Positions 13,653 through 24,654 of a stretch of 64,000 nucleotides of DNA are shown piece by piece. Position numbers and translations under genes: made by a program. The notes beneath the pieces were generated by a model, which searched no databases, was not told the DNA's origin, and was given only the letters and a program-made list of their open reading frames with translations. Every line of letters begins with the position of its first letter. Positions within the stretch are counted from its first letter, which is position 1. Origin of the DNA: Nemertoderma westbladi (lineage: Eukaryota; Animalia; Xenacoelomorpha); contig JAUCBJ010007765.1 of NCBI GenBank assembly GCA_032718475.1, positions 29,754 through 93,753 on the forward strand, given 5' to 3'.

Positions 13653-14276
13653 GTGTGTATACTTTACAGTACGTCTACAGCAACTTGGGGGTTTGAATTC
13701 ACAGAGTCATTACCAAATGTAAAGGTACAGTAGTAGTACTGTAGCTGAGGAGGGGGGGGGGGGGCAGGGGCGGGTGGGTGTTAATGATGTTTGTGTTGGT
13801 GTGTGGGTAGACGCAGAAGTCTCCTTCCCAGTAAAAAGTACAGATGGGCCTACCGATCGAACCGTATTTCAAATTTATTGCGATCTTATTTGTAGAAAAT
13901 TAAGAATGAGGTGGGGGGGGGGGGGGGGGTGGTGTTAGGTTTAGCTACAGTCCGTTAATACACTACTAACTGTACAGGGGGGGGGGGGGGGGGGTGGTGT
14001 TAGGTTTAGCTACAGTCCGTTGATACTCTACTAACTGTACAAGTATATTAAAGATCTGCAGCCGGTGTTTCGCCGGACAGTACCACCCAACGACCCTTAC
14101 TAACAGTGAGTGATACATTGGGTTATTTGTGACATGAATTAGATAAATCTATAATAATTATGCCCAACTCAATGAAAAAGTGCAGGAAAGGTCACCGTAA
14201 ACAATAATAATTATTGATGAATTTCAAATATGAAGCTTTTATTGACAAATACAAATAAAATATGATATTATTTCAG

Positions 14277-14549
14277 GGTGATGGATATGATCATTTTTAC
14301 ACCATTGATGAAGAAGAAATTGGAACAATTGAGTATGGTGACGACTACATTAATGAAGGTGTAGCGGCTTTCTGTTACGACACCCAAGTAGCAGGTACCG
14401 TTCCTTTGTTACGGTACTGGCATAATTTGATCGTGGATCACTTTTACACAACGGATGCGGATTACATCGGTTCAACCACGCCTGAGGAGGTTGGCCACGA
14501 CTACGTATACGAAGGAGTGGCCTGTTACGTGTTTGGGACATTTGAATAA
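14277..14549 (+). CDS. DUF5648-like domain terminal exon
   Basis: tatttcag acceptor, phase 0; DHFYT..EGVAAF, VPLLRYW..DHFYT..EGVACYV; TAA stop. Confidence 0.88.
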   Translation, partial: GDGYDHFYTIDEEEIGTIEYGDDYINEGVAAFCYDTQVAGTVPLLRYWHNLIVDHFYTTDADYIGSTTPEEVGHDYVYEGVACYVFGTFE

Positions 14550-14575
14550 GTCTACTGTAGATTTAACTGAAAATG

Positions 14576-14581
14576 AATAAA
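14576..14581 (+). terminator. candidate polyadenylation signal of the ShKT gene
   Basis: AATAAA 26 nt after the stop; a second one at 14700-14705. Confidence 0.55.
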
Positions 14582-15922
14582 GAACATTTTACAGAGGGAA
14601 TTAGTACCAAATTACACGGTTTTAGTTCAGTCAATCTGGCATAAAACTCGAAAGAAATTGTCATTCTTCGATATCCAAATCGAATTGTTACGTTTCAGGA
14701 ATAAATATTAAACCTTTTTTTATACAAATATACATGGGATTTACTTTTATTCAGTTACTTTTATTCCTGAAAATGGAGGATTTTCACTTTCAAATATATT
14801 TACTTTTATCCCAGAAATAGCGGTTGTTAATTGTATTTTCTGTCAAACAATTTTTTTCCAACAAATATCCAATAAACTTAGTCAAGTTTTAATTTAATAT
14901 GATTGGGGGCTACCAGACAACCCCCTAAACAATAACAATAACAAAATTCAGATTTATGATTTATAACTTATTAGGAGCACCACTACTTAGGAGCACCACT
15001 ACAGTAGTCTACAAACACTATAATTATGCTTTTATTCCAAAACGTAGCCCATAAATTTGAGGATCTCTAAAAAAAATTTGGGACTGTACAATTTTACATT
15101 TCGTAGTAACAACAATTCTTAACACAAGTACAATTATACTAAAAATTATAAATGGTTCGAAAAAGTTAAGTTGCTTTGGAAACTACAGTGCATACAGTTT
15201 GTGCAGATTTCTGTAAAGAAATAAATTGGACTAAGGTTGTCTTGGTCATATTTGAGAAATATCCCACCAATAGTAATCTTGTTGCTATGTAAAACAATGT
15301 CGCTAAGGACAAATTATGAAATTGAAGGTGATTCACTTAGTACTGTATATTTATATATAGACTATTTTGAAGTACATTACAGTAGGCCTATAGGCAAGAT
15401 AAAGTTCGAATCCAAAAAAAATGGTTTGAATGAATTATGATTTAGACCAGTGTTGCTCAATGTTTTCCCTAGATTGACTGAACTATAATGTAGCTTTTGG
15501 GTGACTGTATATTTAAAAAAAATTGGTGTTGGATGTTAGTGTGTAATACATTCCACTCTGTATCATTGGGTATCAGAAATTATAATTGTTATTGCAGTTA
15601 TAATATTGATGTCTCGATGAAGGAACTGCCTTTAGCGGGTGGTTGGTTGGTGGCGACAGTACCAACAAACGTAGCCAGTCCAGGAAAAAGTCATATGGGT
15701 AAATTACAAATGATATTTAAGTTATCAATCAAAGTAAATGACACTAAACATAAGGAGTATGATAATTCGTAATTCGGAAGTAAAATATCACCACAATTCC
15801 ATATACAGAGGTAGGTCTACCACTACAAGACCTGTGCAAACTCGACACCGTTGCGTTCACTATCCTAACAATGTGTTATCCTTTTTGTGTTCTTGACGGA
15901 TCAACCATTAACCACGGAGTTT

Positions 15923-16028
15923 TTATTTTTTGTGAACGCCAAGTTGCACACCGCATACAGGGCAATAATGGTGGACATCTTTAAACTCATTCACCAAGAG
16001 CGGTATAAGACAACAACATGAACACCAC
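15923..16028 (-). CDS. LITAF-domain gene, exon 4 (terminal)
   Basis: GTGTTGCAG acceptor, phase 2; WCSCCCLIPLLVNEFKDVHHYCPVCGVQLGVHKK-TAA matches the LITAF C-terminal HxCxxC half. Confidence 0.92.
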
Positions 16029-16187
16029 CTGCAACACCAATAATGAAACTACAGTATATGAGTAGTAAAGTGATTGGTGAAAGTGCGTCATAAGTCAATA
16101 AGTCTACAGTAGTCAGGCCTCTGAAGTTAAAACGAATGTCGTGGGATCCATCATCAGGTATAATGATGGTAAACCTGATCGACTTAC

Positions 16188-16302
16188 CCGATAACAAATA
16201 GGGCGCAGCAGGCGTGGCAACTGAGATCTCCAAGTTTGTGTTTCGTAGTTGTTTTAATTTTACAGTTACAATACGGGCATTTAACTGCTACCGAACGGGG
16301 TC
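16188..16302 (-). CDS. LITAF-domain gene, exon 3
   Basis: TATTTTAG acceptor, GTAAGT donor, 115 bp, phase 1-2; GPRSVAVKCPYCNCKIKTTTKHKLGDLSCHACCALFVIG (CxxC knuckle plus hydrophobic segment). Confidence 0.92.
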
Positions 16303-16417
16303 CTAAAATACAAGGATATAAAAATAGCGATAATACTGTAGATATATGTAGCATCAATCATTCAATGTCAATCGATTCAAGATTTAAATTTACATGAATA
16401 TTGAATATGAAACTTAC

Positions 16418-16468
16418 CAAGGTATGTGACAGGTTCCGGTTTTTTTGTCATTTCTAATACCTTCGGAC
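16418..16468 (-). CDS. LITAF-domain gene, exon 2
   Basis: TGTTTCAG acceptor, GTAAGT donor, 51 bp, phase 1-1; GPKVLEMTKKPEPVTYL in frame with exon 3. Confidence 0.8.
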
Positions 16469-17696
16469 CTGAAACAGTTACAAACATACTGCTGAAATAA
16501 ACTATTGTAACATCATAATCTTGATTGTGACACCGCGCCATATGTTTTTTTTCAATATCCTCGAGGCATTTTATTTACCGAACGCCAGCGAGGTTAATAA
16601 AGTGTGATAGTGAAAAACAGTTCGACGTTTTACCTTTTCCCCATGTAATAAATAATTATATTATTTTGTTTTTTCTCCAAGAAAATAAAAAAAAAAATAA
16701 TATAAAATACAAAAAATTATTTCACTTCGTCAATGTTCAAAGCTATCAAATGCGTTATTGGCAAAATTTCATCACAAAAAACATTGTAAAATTATTTGTA
16801 TTATTATTATTAAAGTATTTTTATAGCGCCAATAATACGCATTGTTCTTGGCGCTACTCCTTACAGTAACACATGATAACGGGAACATTAGTGGCATTTA
16901 TTCTGGTTTTAATTGGTAGCCAGTGGAGATCTATGTGGTCCGACTTCCTTATGCCACACAACAATCTAGCTGCAGAATTTTGAACACATTGTAACTTTTT
17001 GATAAGCTTTTGGGGCAAACCATAATATAAGGAGTTGTTTAAATCTAGTTTGCTGCTAATAAAAGCGTGAATGAGAGTCTCAAGTTCTCGTCTCGGAAAG
17101 AAACGTCTCACTTTGGCCAAGTTTCTAAGATGATAGAAGGATTTACGAACAACCAAGCAGATGCGTTTCTAAAGAGTAAGGTGTGCATCCATCATCATGA
17201 CACCGATGTCCTCGGTGCATTCTACAGATTCGCCGCCAATATGTACGGCTAGTTGACTTAGCTGAATACTAAAAAGCGATTTCAATAACAGTGTTTCAGT
17301 TTTCTCAACGTTTAACATATCTTAAACATTCTTCAGTTAGTTTAACATTGGAGTCAATATCGGTCGGCTTAAACGCAACATATATTTGGGTATCATCTCA
17401 TCATACAGTACTGTATATGATAGGAAAGTGCATACTTATGTATAACGGAAGTTAGTAAACGGGTATAAATGCTGAAAAAAAGCGGACCCTATACTGACCC
17501 CTGTGGTACACCGAATCTCAACAACTTTTTTCCTGAAAACGAATCTCCAATAGGGACCTGCTGTGTGCGGTTAGCTAAATACAGTAGGACTCGAACCATT
17601 TCAGAGCAGCTCCTCGGACACCAATATCGTTTTCAAGGATCTTTAGCAGAATGGAGTGCTCGACCGTGTCAAACGCGGCGCTTAAATCCTACATCA

Positions 17697-17851
17697 TAAT
17701 TGAGTTGAGATAATGTCTGGGAGACCTCAGGTGACCAAAAAGAAAGGGTAACAACAGTTACGAGCTTTCACCCAACAGGGCTTCTTCAGGTAAAATAATA
17801 TACGAATATACAGAGAGGGAAGACTGCACCAGTATACAGAATGCAAAGAAA
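17697..17851 (-). mobile_element. 155-bp Penelope-like fragment inserted in L2
   Basis: 9-bp TSD cctacatca at 17688-17696 and 17852-17860 splits the L2 'LVM.DLSAAFD' motif; carries a hammerhead core. Confidence 0.65.
17758..17793 (-). ncRNA. minimal type I hammerhead ribozyme motif
   Basis: TTAC-CTGAAGA-A-GCCC-TGTT-GGGT-GAAA-GC-TC-GTAA: CUGANGA and GAAA cores, stem I TTAC/GTAA, stem II GCCC/GGGT, palindromic AGCT stem III. Confidence 0.7.
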
Positions 17852-18599
17852 CCTACATCACCAACATGACTGCCGAACCGTCATCAATGCTGCGATACAC
17901 ATGATTGTGAACCCGGAGAAGTGCCGACTCTACGCTATGGTGTTCTCTATTGGCGCTCTGAAAAGGATCATTCAGAGAATCCAGGTTTGAAATTGGTCGG
18001 AAGTTGTTCAATACAGATATAGCATATAGAGATATATATGCATATAGAGATACTGTAGTTTTTTTAATTTCAATGGATCCAGTACTGCATTTTTAAATAG
18101 AACTGGCATTGTTGATGTTGTTAATGATAGATTAATAAATCAGTGTAGGCCTAATGATAGGAAACAGGATGCTCAGTGAGTATTTCAGCAAGCTAGTTGG
18201 GAGAAGGTCACAGGGGCTTGTCTTAATTTGGCGCTCATTTGCCAATTCTTTAACTTCATCCTCAGTTACTGTTCGATAATCCGTTAATGGTATGCCAGTA
18301 AACTTTAACTCATTTGGATCATTATTTATCTATTTTTTCATCATTATTTATTTCATTGTCATCATAATTTATTTCATTGTGATTGGTATTTATCTCTTTA
18401 TTTAACAGATTTTCATCATTGACACTATCAATAGTTTCGTTCTCTATCTATATGTGGCGGTGCATATAGAAAGGCGTTATTCGCAGAAACAATGTTTCTG
18501 AGAAAAACGCATTTAACCCTTTCGCGCCTAATTAAAGATTTTATGTGTTCCCCAAAAACTGAAATCTCTCGGTATTTCTGGCAGTTTGTCTGTCAAGAC

Positions 18600-19975
18600 T
18601 TAACAAAGAATAAAATCTACTTTAACATTCTCGCTATGGGGGTTTTAAGGGTTGGTGATTTAATTTCTGATGTCAATTTTTACGACGTCAGAAATCTAGG
18701 CTGTCTGTGTATGTTTGTATGTCTGTTTGTCAGTCTTTCTATCAAAAAATAAGGAAGCATATTATGTAATAAAAACATTCGCCATGGGGGTTTTCCAGGT
18801 CTCTGACTTTATTTCTGATGTTAGTTATTACGACTGACCAACTCTAGGCTGTCTGTGTCTCTACGTCTTAAAAAATGTCTGTATGTGTCAAAAAAATAAG
18901 GAAGCATATTATGTAATAAAAACATTCGCCATGGGGGTTTTCCATGTCTGTGATTTTATTTCTGATGTCTTTTTTTTTACGACTGACCAACTCTAGGCTG
19001 TCTGTGTCTGTATGTATGTCTGTCAGTCTTTCTGTCAAAAAAATAAGGAAGCATATTATGTAATAAAAACATTCGCCATGGGGGTTTTCCATGTCTGTGA
19101 TTTTATTTCTGATGTCTTTTTTTTTACGACTGACCAACTCTAGGTTGTCTGTGTCTGTATGTATGTCTGTCAGTCTTTCTGTCAAAAAAATAAGGAAGCA
19201 TATTATGTAATAAAAACATTCACCAGGGGGGTTTTCTAGGTCTCTGATTTCATTTCGGATGTCAGTTTTTACGACTGACCAACTCTAAGCTGTCTGTATC
19301 TGTATGTATGTCTGTTTGTCTGTCAGTCCGTCTGTCTAAATAATAAGGAAGCATATTATGTAATAAAAACATTCGCCATAGGGGTTTTCCATTTTTCCGA
19401 TTTCATTTCTGATGTCAGTTATTTCGAGTGACCAACTCTAGGCTGCCTTTGTCTGTATGTATGTCTGTCAGTCTGTCTGTCAAAAAATAAGGATGCATAT
19501 TATGTAATAAAAACATTCGCCATGGGGGTTTTCCAGGTCGCTGACTTTATTTCTAATGTCAGTTTTTACGACTGACCAACTCTAGGCTGTCTGTATCTGT
19601 ATGTATGTCTGTCAGTCTGTTTGTCAAAATATAAGGAAGCATATTATACATACAGTCACAGTGAGTGGTGAGTCGAGCAGACGTGAAAACTGACATCAGA
19701 AATGAAATCAGAGACATGGAAAACCCCCATGGCTAATGTTTTCATTACATACTGTAGTATGCTTAACTGTCAGACAAACAGACATACATACAGACACAGA
19801 CAGCCTAGAGTTGGTCAAACGTAAAAAAAAATTAACATCAGAAATGAAATCAGCGACCTGGAAACCCCCATGGCGAATGTTTCGAATGTTTCTGTTACAT
19901 AATATTCTTCCTTATTTTTTGACTGACGGACAGACAAACAGACATACATACAGACACAGACATCCTAGAGTTTGT
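18600..19975. repeat. ~140-bp minisatellite (~7 copies) followed by ~2 inverted copies
   Basis: recurring aaggaagcatattatgtaataaaaacattcgccatgggggttttcc...ccaactctaggctgtctg; reverse-complement units at 19690-19975. Confidence 0.9.
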
Positions 19976-21194
19976 CATTTTATAGCTGTCAGCACTTTTC
20001 GTGCACCATATTGGGTGACAAAAAGTGTAATTTTTCACATCTGGGTAACCCTAAAACATGTTACATTGTAATCAGCACCTCAAAAAACCCCATATGGTAA
20101 ATTCCACGTTGTCGGACGTTATGGACATTCTCAATTTTTGAATGTTTTTCTTTAAAATTACAAAAATACTTGAATTTTCGACATCAGATTGCGTTTAATA
20201 AATGAGACTATTTATTAAACTTTCAGAATAACATAAATACTCTGCATTGGGAAACGTTACTCTTCTCGTGCAGATTACTTTTAAAAAAGTGTCGGCCAAA
20301 ATAGGACACTTTTTATTGTACATATTATATTTTTGATTGCATTTAATGCCGAAGACTGGTATGTTATCATTGTTGGGCTCAAATTGTAGCTCAACTATTC
20401 TATTTTTTGAAAATGTTTTCATAATTTCATTGCATATCTTCTGTAGCCGATATCTCCAATTCAAAGTTGTGCGGAATGGTGTCGGACGTTACGTGTCGGA
20501 CCTTGCATAACAATTAGCAATATTTAGCCACCTCTGTCGACTTTAATTTTCGTCTTTGGAATGTATTCTACATATCACTAGAACCGCCTTCATCTACAGA
20601 TTCTGAATCTGAAAACCATTTTAAATTTCACCAACACTTGCCAAATATATTATCAAAATACTAAGGTGTGAATTTTGAGTCGAAATCGCAGTTATTGAAA
20701 AGTATTTTTATTTATTTATGCCTTTACACTATACACTGCAATTTAGACATTAATTACGGTACATTAAATACGGCAGTGATTTTTTATGTCCTTTTATTTG
20801 ACTTTTTTTGTCCTCCTTTTTTTACGAATTGTGCATAATGACCTTTGTTGTCCTTTTAATGACTTTTATTGTCCTTTTAATGACTTTTTATGTATGTATT
20901 TCTTCAAACTGTCAGACTGCTGATTTCTGGACTGTCACACAGTTGATTTCAACATGCCTATGCCAAAACATTCAAAATTTGTTGATTTCTGGTCTGTCGG
21001 ACAGTTGGTTTCACTATGCCTGTGCCAAAACATTCCATGATTCCACGATTTATAGACTATGAGAGAGAATTCCATATGCGCCTGTGGTAAAAGACTCTAA
21101 ATTTAATAGTTTGTGGTTGTTGTCGATAATCGATTACCACATGACGTAGCAAAACACTCATTTTATAGCCAAAAACAATTACCAATTGATGGAA

Positions 21195-21785
21195 AGGATG
21201 AGCAGGTTAAGGCCGGATTTTCTAACCAAAACAATAAACAGTCACTTTACCAAATCAGGGAAAGGATCAGGTTACAGAGGCGGGATTTTCTAACCAAAAC
21301 AATAAACGATCATTTAACTAATTGAGGGAAAGGAGCAGGTTGCAGAGACGGGATTTTCTAACCAAAACAACAAACGATAACATTACCAATTGAGAGAAAG
21401 GAGCAGGTTACAGATGCGGGATTTTCTAACCAAAACAATAAACAGTCACTTTACCAAATCAGGGAAAGGAGCAGGTTACAGAGACGGGATTTTCCAACCA
21501 AAACAATAAACGATAACATTACCAATTGAGAGAAAGGAGCAGGTTACAGAGGCGGGATTTCCTAACCAAAACAATAAACGATCACTTAATTAATTGAGGG
21601 AAAGGGGCAGTTTACAGAGGCGGGATTTTCTAACCAAAACAATAAACAGTCACTTTACAAAATGAAGGAAAGGAGCAGGTTACAGAGACGGGCCTTTCTA
21701 ACCAAAACCATAAACGGTCACTTTACCAAATCAGGCAATGGAGCAGGTTACAGATGAGGCGGGATTTTCTAACCAAAACAACCGG
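21195..21785. repeat. ~60-bp minisatellite (~10 copies)
   Basis: recurring aaaggagcaggttacagaggcgggattttctaaccaaaacaataaac. Confidence 0.9.
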
Positions 21786-23523
21786 TCAGCCGGTAGGCCT
21801 ACCAGTACCGTATTTAAATGGTAGGATACACAGTAGGCCTACAGCAGTACCGGTGCCGGTACCGGTACTAAAATACAGAAATGCCTGCTTTATACTGTAC
21901 CTACATCTGTACATACAATACAGCAAAATAGTGCTATATATACTAATACCGGTACTGATAGCCTGAGAGAACAGCAGTAGAGAAACCGGTAGCATGGAAC
22001 CTAACATTAGATTTTTGGAGGACATAAAAAATGAAAAAAAGGACATAAAAAATGATTTAAACAGACAATAAAAATTATTGCGATTAAATAATAATAGTGT
22101 CGGACGTTACAGGTGTCTGACGTTACAAACTTAATTCACTGAAATCACAGCCCTTATGGTAGCCTGGATTGCTGTAAATGGCAGAAGAGACGTCATCTTA
22201 CGTCGGCATTAGGTCATTTTAATTTCCATATGATTTGCCATACAATAGAGAAGTAATTGAGAAAAAATGTAAAAAAAAGTGTCGGACGTTACAATTGGGT
22301 ACAGGTAGCGTTTAATGCTTTTTGTATGAGAAGCCTTCTATGTTTATGGCGTTGAACTACCTCATTGGAATGTGCATTACGGCTGATTACAATGATACCA
22401 AGGATAGATGGATGAACAGTACAAAAAATATTTTTTTAAGAAAATATTTTTTTTCGTTTTTACGTGTTATCTTGATGATGGTCGATATAATCGCAAAATT
22501 TCCTACTTTATACCCTCAAATCAATGTACATTTTGTCAAATTCGAAAAATTTATGAAATTTTACCCAATAAATGCTTATTTTTTAAAGTTTTATTTTTTC
22601 ATATCGTGTCCCATTTTCTGTGGAAATGCCCATATGGCATTGAATAGTGATCGAAAATCGTATCTGCAAAAAATGTCGTTTTTTTTGTTTGACACCATGA
22701 AAACTGATATTTCACAGAAACCACACCAGTTTATTTAAAGTTTTAGTCACTTTTAAAAAATCGAAATAGGCCTACAGTATAAAATATACCATCTAAAAGA
22801 GCGAAAAATTCTCTATCAAATAGGGCAATAAACTCAATTTCGATTTTTTGACGAATAACGCCATTCTATATGCACCGCACCATGTCCTCGGATATTGTGT
22901 CGAAATTAAGTGTTCAGTGACGCCCCCCCCCCCCCCCCCCCCCCCTCCTCGCTCAGAATAACTGCCGTGTACCTGGTTAAATTTGACCGGAGTCTCTCTT
23001 TTTTAAACGCTAGTACCCCTACAGTAGCTAAATATTGAATGCTAAAATTAAAATTCTGAACCACCCAGTAATTAAGGAGAACGGAGGTGAAGTTTTCTTT
23101 AGGAGAGCCGTGAAACTGAATCTGATTTAGGGGTGATGTCAGTGAACTACGACACTATATTTCAGAACATTGTGTATTACTGCAAACAACGTGAAACCTA
23201 ACATGTCCTCTAGACCAAACATGTAGGCCTACTGCTAGAACATTGTAAACAATAAAATTAACAAAACTATCCAAGCTATTTTCATCGACAAATGAAATAA
23301 TATTGATCATTTAAAGCGATATTTTAATAAATATAAAATAATACGGTAAATGGAGTAGCCGGTGCAATGTGGTAAAATATGAAACATAGTAACATACTGT
23401 ACAGTACAGTAAATACATACATACTGTAGGCCTACTGTACATAGTCCAGTATAATAGTACAGTACGGTAGGCCTAATTAATTAGGCGATAGTCAGAGGGT
23501 TATTTATAAATCTCACAACTTAC

Positions 23524-23605
23524 CCGAAATTAAGGGATACTTCTCTTTCCCTTTTATTTGACTTGCTGGTGTGCCTGGAGATTTCGATTTCGTTTTTGAA
23601 AACAT
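23524..23605 (-). CDS. LITAF-domain gene, probable first coding exon
   Basis: ATG...MFSKTKSKSPGTPASQIKGKEKYPLIS G|GTAAGT; phase 1 fits exon 2; the four exons give 354 nt = 117 aa + stop; possible upstream acceptor at 23671. Confidence 0.6.
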
Positions 23606-24654
23606 AATTGTTATCGATAATCGATTACAGTAGGCCTACCACTGTATTTATCTATTTTATTATTATCTCCCTAAAAAGGAAACTAATTTTTCCTTAAAAT
23701 AATTTGGACAAATTATTAGTGCAATCATAATAAATCGTAATTAACTACGGGAATATCAAATTATTTATTGTTAACCTGATGTAAACAAATTAGGGGGCTA
23801 ATTTCGATATGTTTAATGTCCATGGAAACGCCAAAGTATTGATTTCATTTATCGCTGGTAGGCATGATTTTTGTACTGTACCACCTTGATAATAGTGAGT
23901 TTAAGATGGCCTTGCTTATACTATTGACTCAAGACATAAAAAGACTCCAATTAATTTCCGAATGCTGTATATTATGCATACAGTATGCACTACTGAGTCT
24001 CCGGTATGTTGTGAGGCTTCAAACAGCGTTTCTAAACTATAGTTTATGTCGCCATGACTTCACACGGGGTGTCCGACTGTACACGGTAAATATGGTCGCC
24101 ATGGATGGCCTCAAACGAGGTCTAAACTATAGTCCAGGGCGCCTTGACCTCAGATGAACAACTTATTTCAGCAACATGTAGGCCTACTTAGGCATTATTA
24201 GTTTGACTATAATCCGGATTTACAGCCCCATCTACTGTATCATCCGCGATCACTTCTTTCTTCGAGCTAATTTAATGATATTCCTAACCAAACTCTTGTA
24301 CTGCACACAAACATTATAGACCCACCCAAACCTACGGTGTGTGTGGTCTTTAACCAAGGCGTACTTTGGTACGCAAAAGACGACTTTGTTAACCCGGTAC
24401 GTAATTCTACATCTCAAAAACAATACCGCGTGGGCAGTACTACAGTAATTACAGTGTAACATTATGTGAAAATTTAAATGAAATTTATTATTATAAATTT
24501 ATTATCTAAATATATTAATTATAAATAATTATTGAACTGGTTTAAACAAACAATCAAGAAAATACGTATATATTATTTGTGTTACTGTATTAAATAATCA
24601 AATTTTGGCTACAGTAGGCTTATTCGTTTGTGTTACTGTACAAGTATTGCTCAA

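Larger units (their letters stand above)
16850..18300 (-). mobile_element. degenerate L2-clade LINE fragment in the LITAF intron
   Basis: [66 protein letters not shown]. Confidence 0.88.
18452..22883. mobile_element. ~4.4-kb non-autonomous TIR DNA element or composite
   Basis: ~30-bp inverted ends gcggtgcatataga(a/t)ggcgttattcg at ~18457 and ~22878; repeated gtcggacgtta motifs inside; no transposase ORF. Confidence 0.65.

Noticed and set aside
13910-14041. Poly-G tracts with a duplicated ~50-bp unit as a G-quadruplex element
   Set aside because: G/C homopolymers are scattered through the window and are length-unreliable; a simple local duplication explains it
15991-16233. 80-aa ORF from the track
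   Set aside because: Out-of-frame read-through across LITAF exon 3, intron 3 and exon 4
18513-18530. TTAA-CCCTT piggyBac-like end
   Set aside because: No matching AAGGG-TTAA partner found downstream
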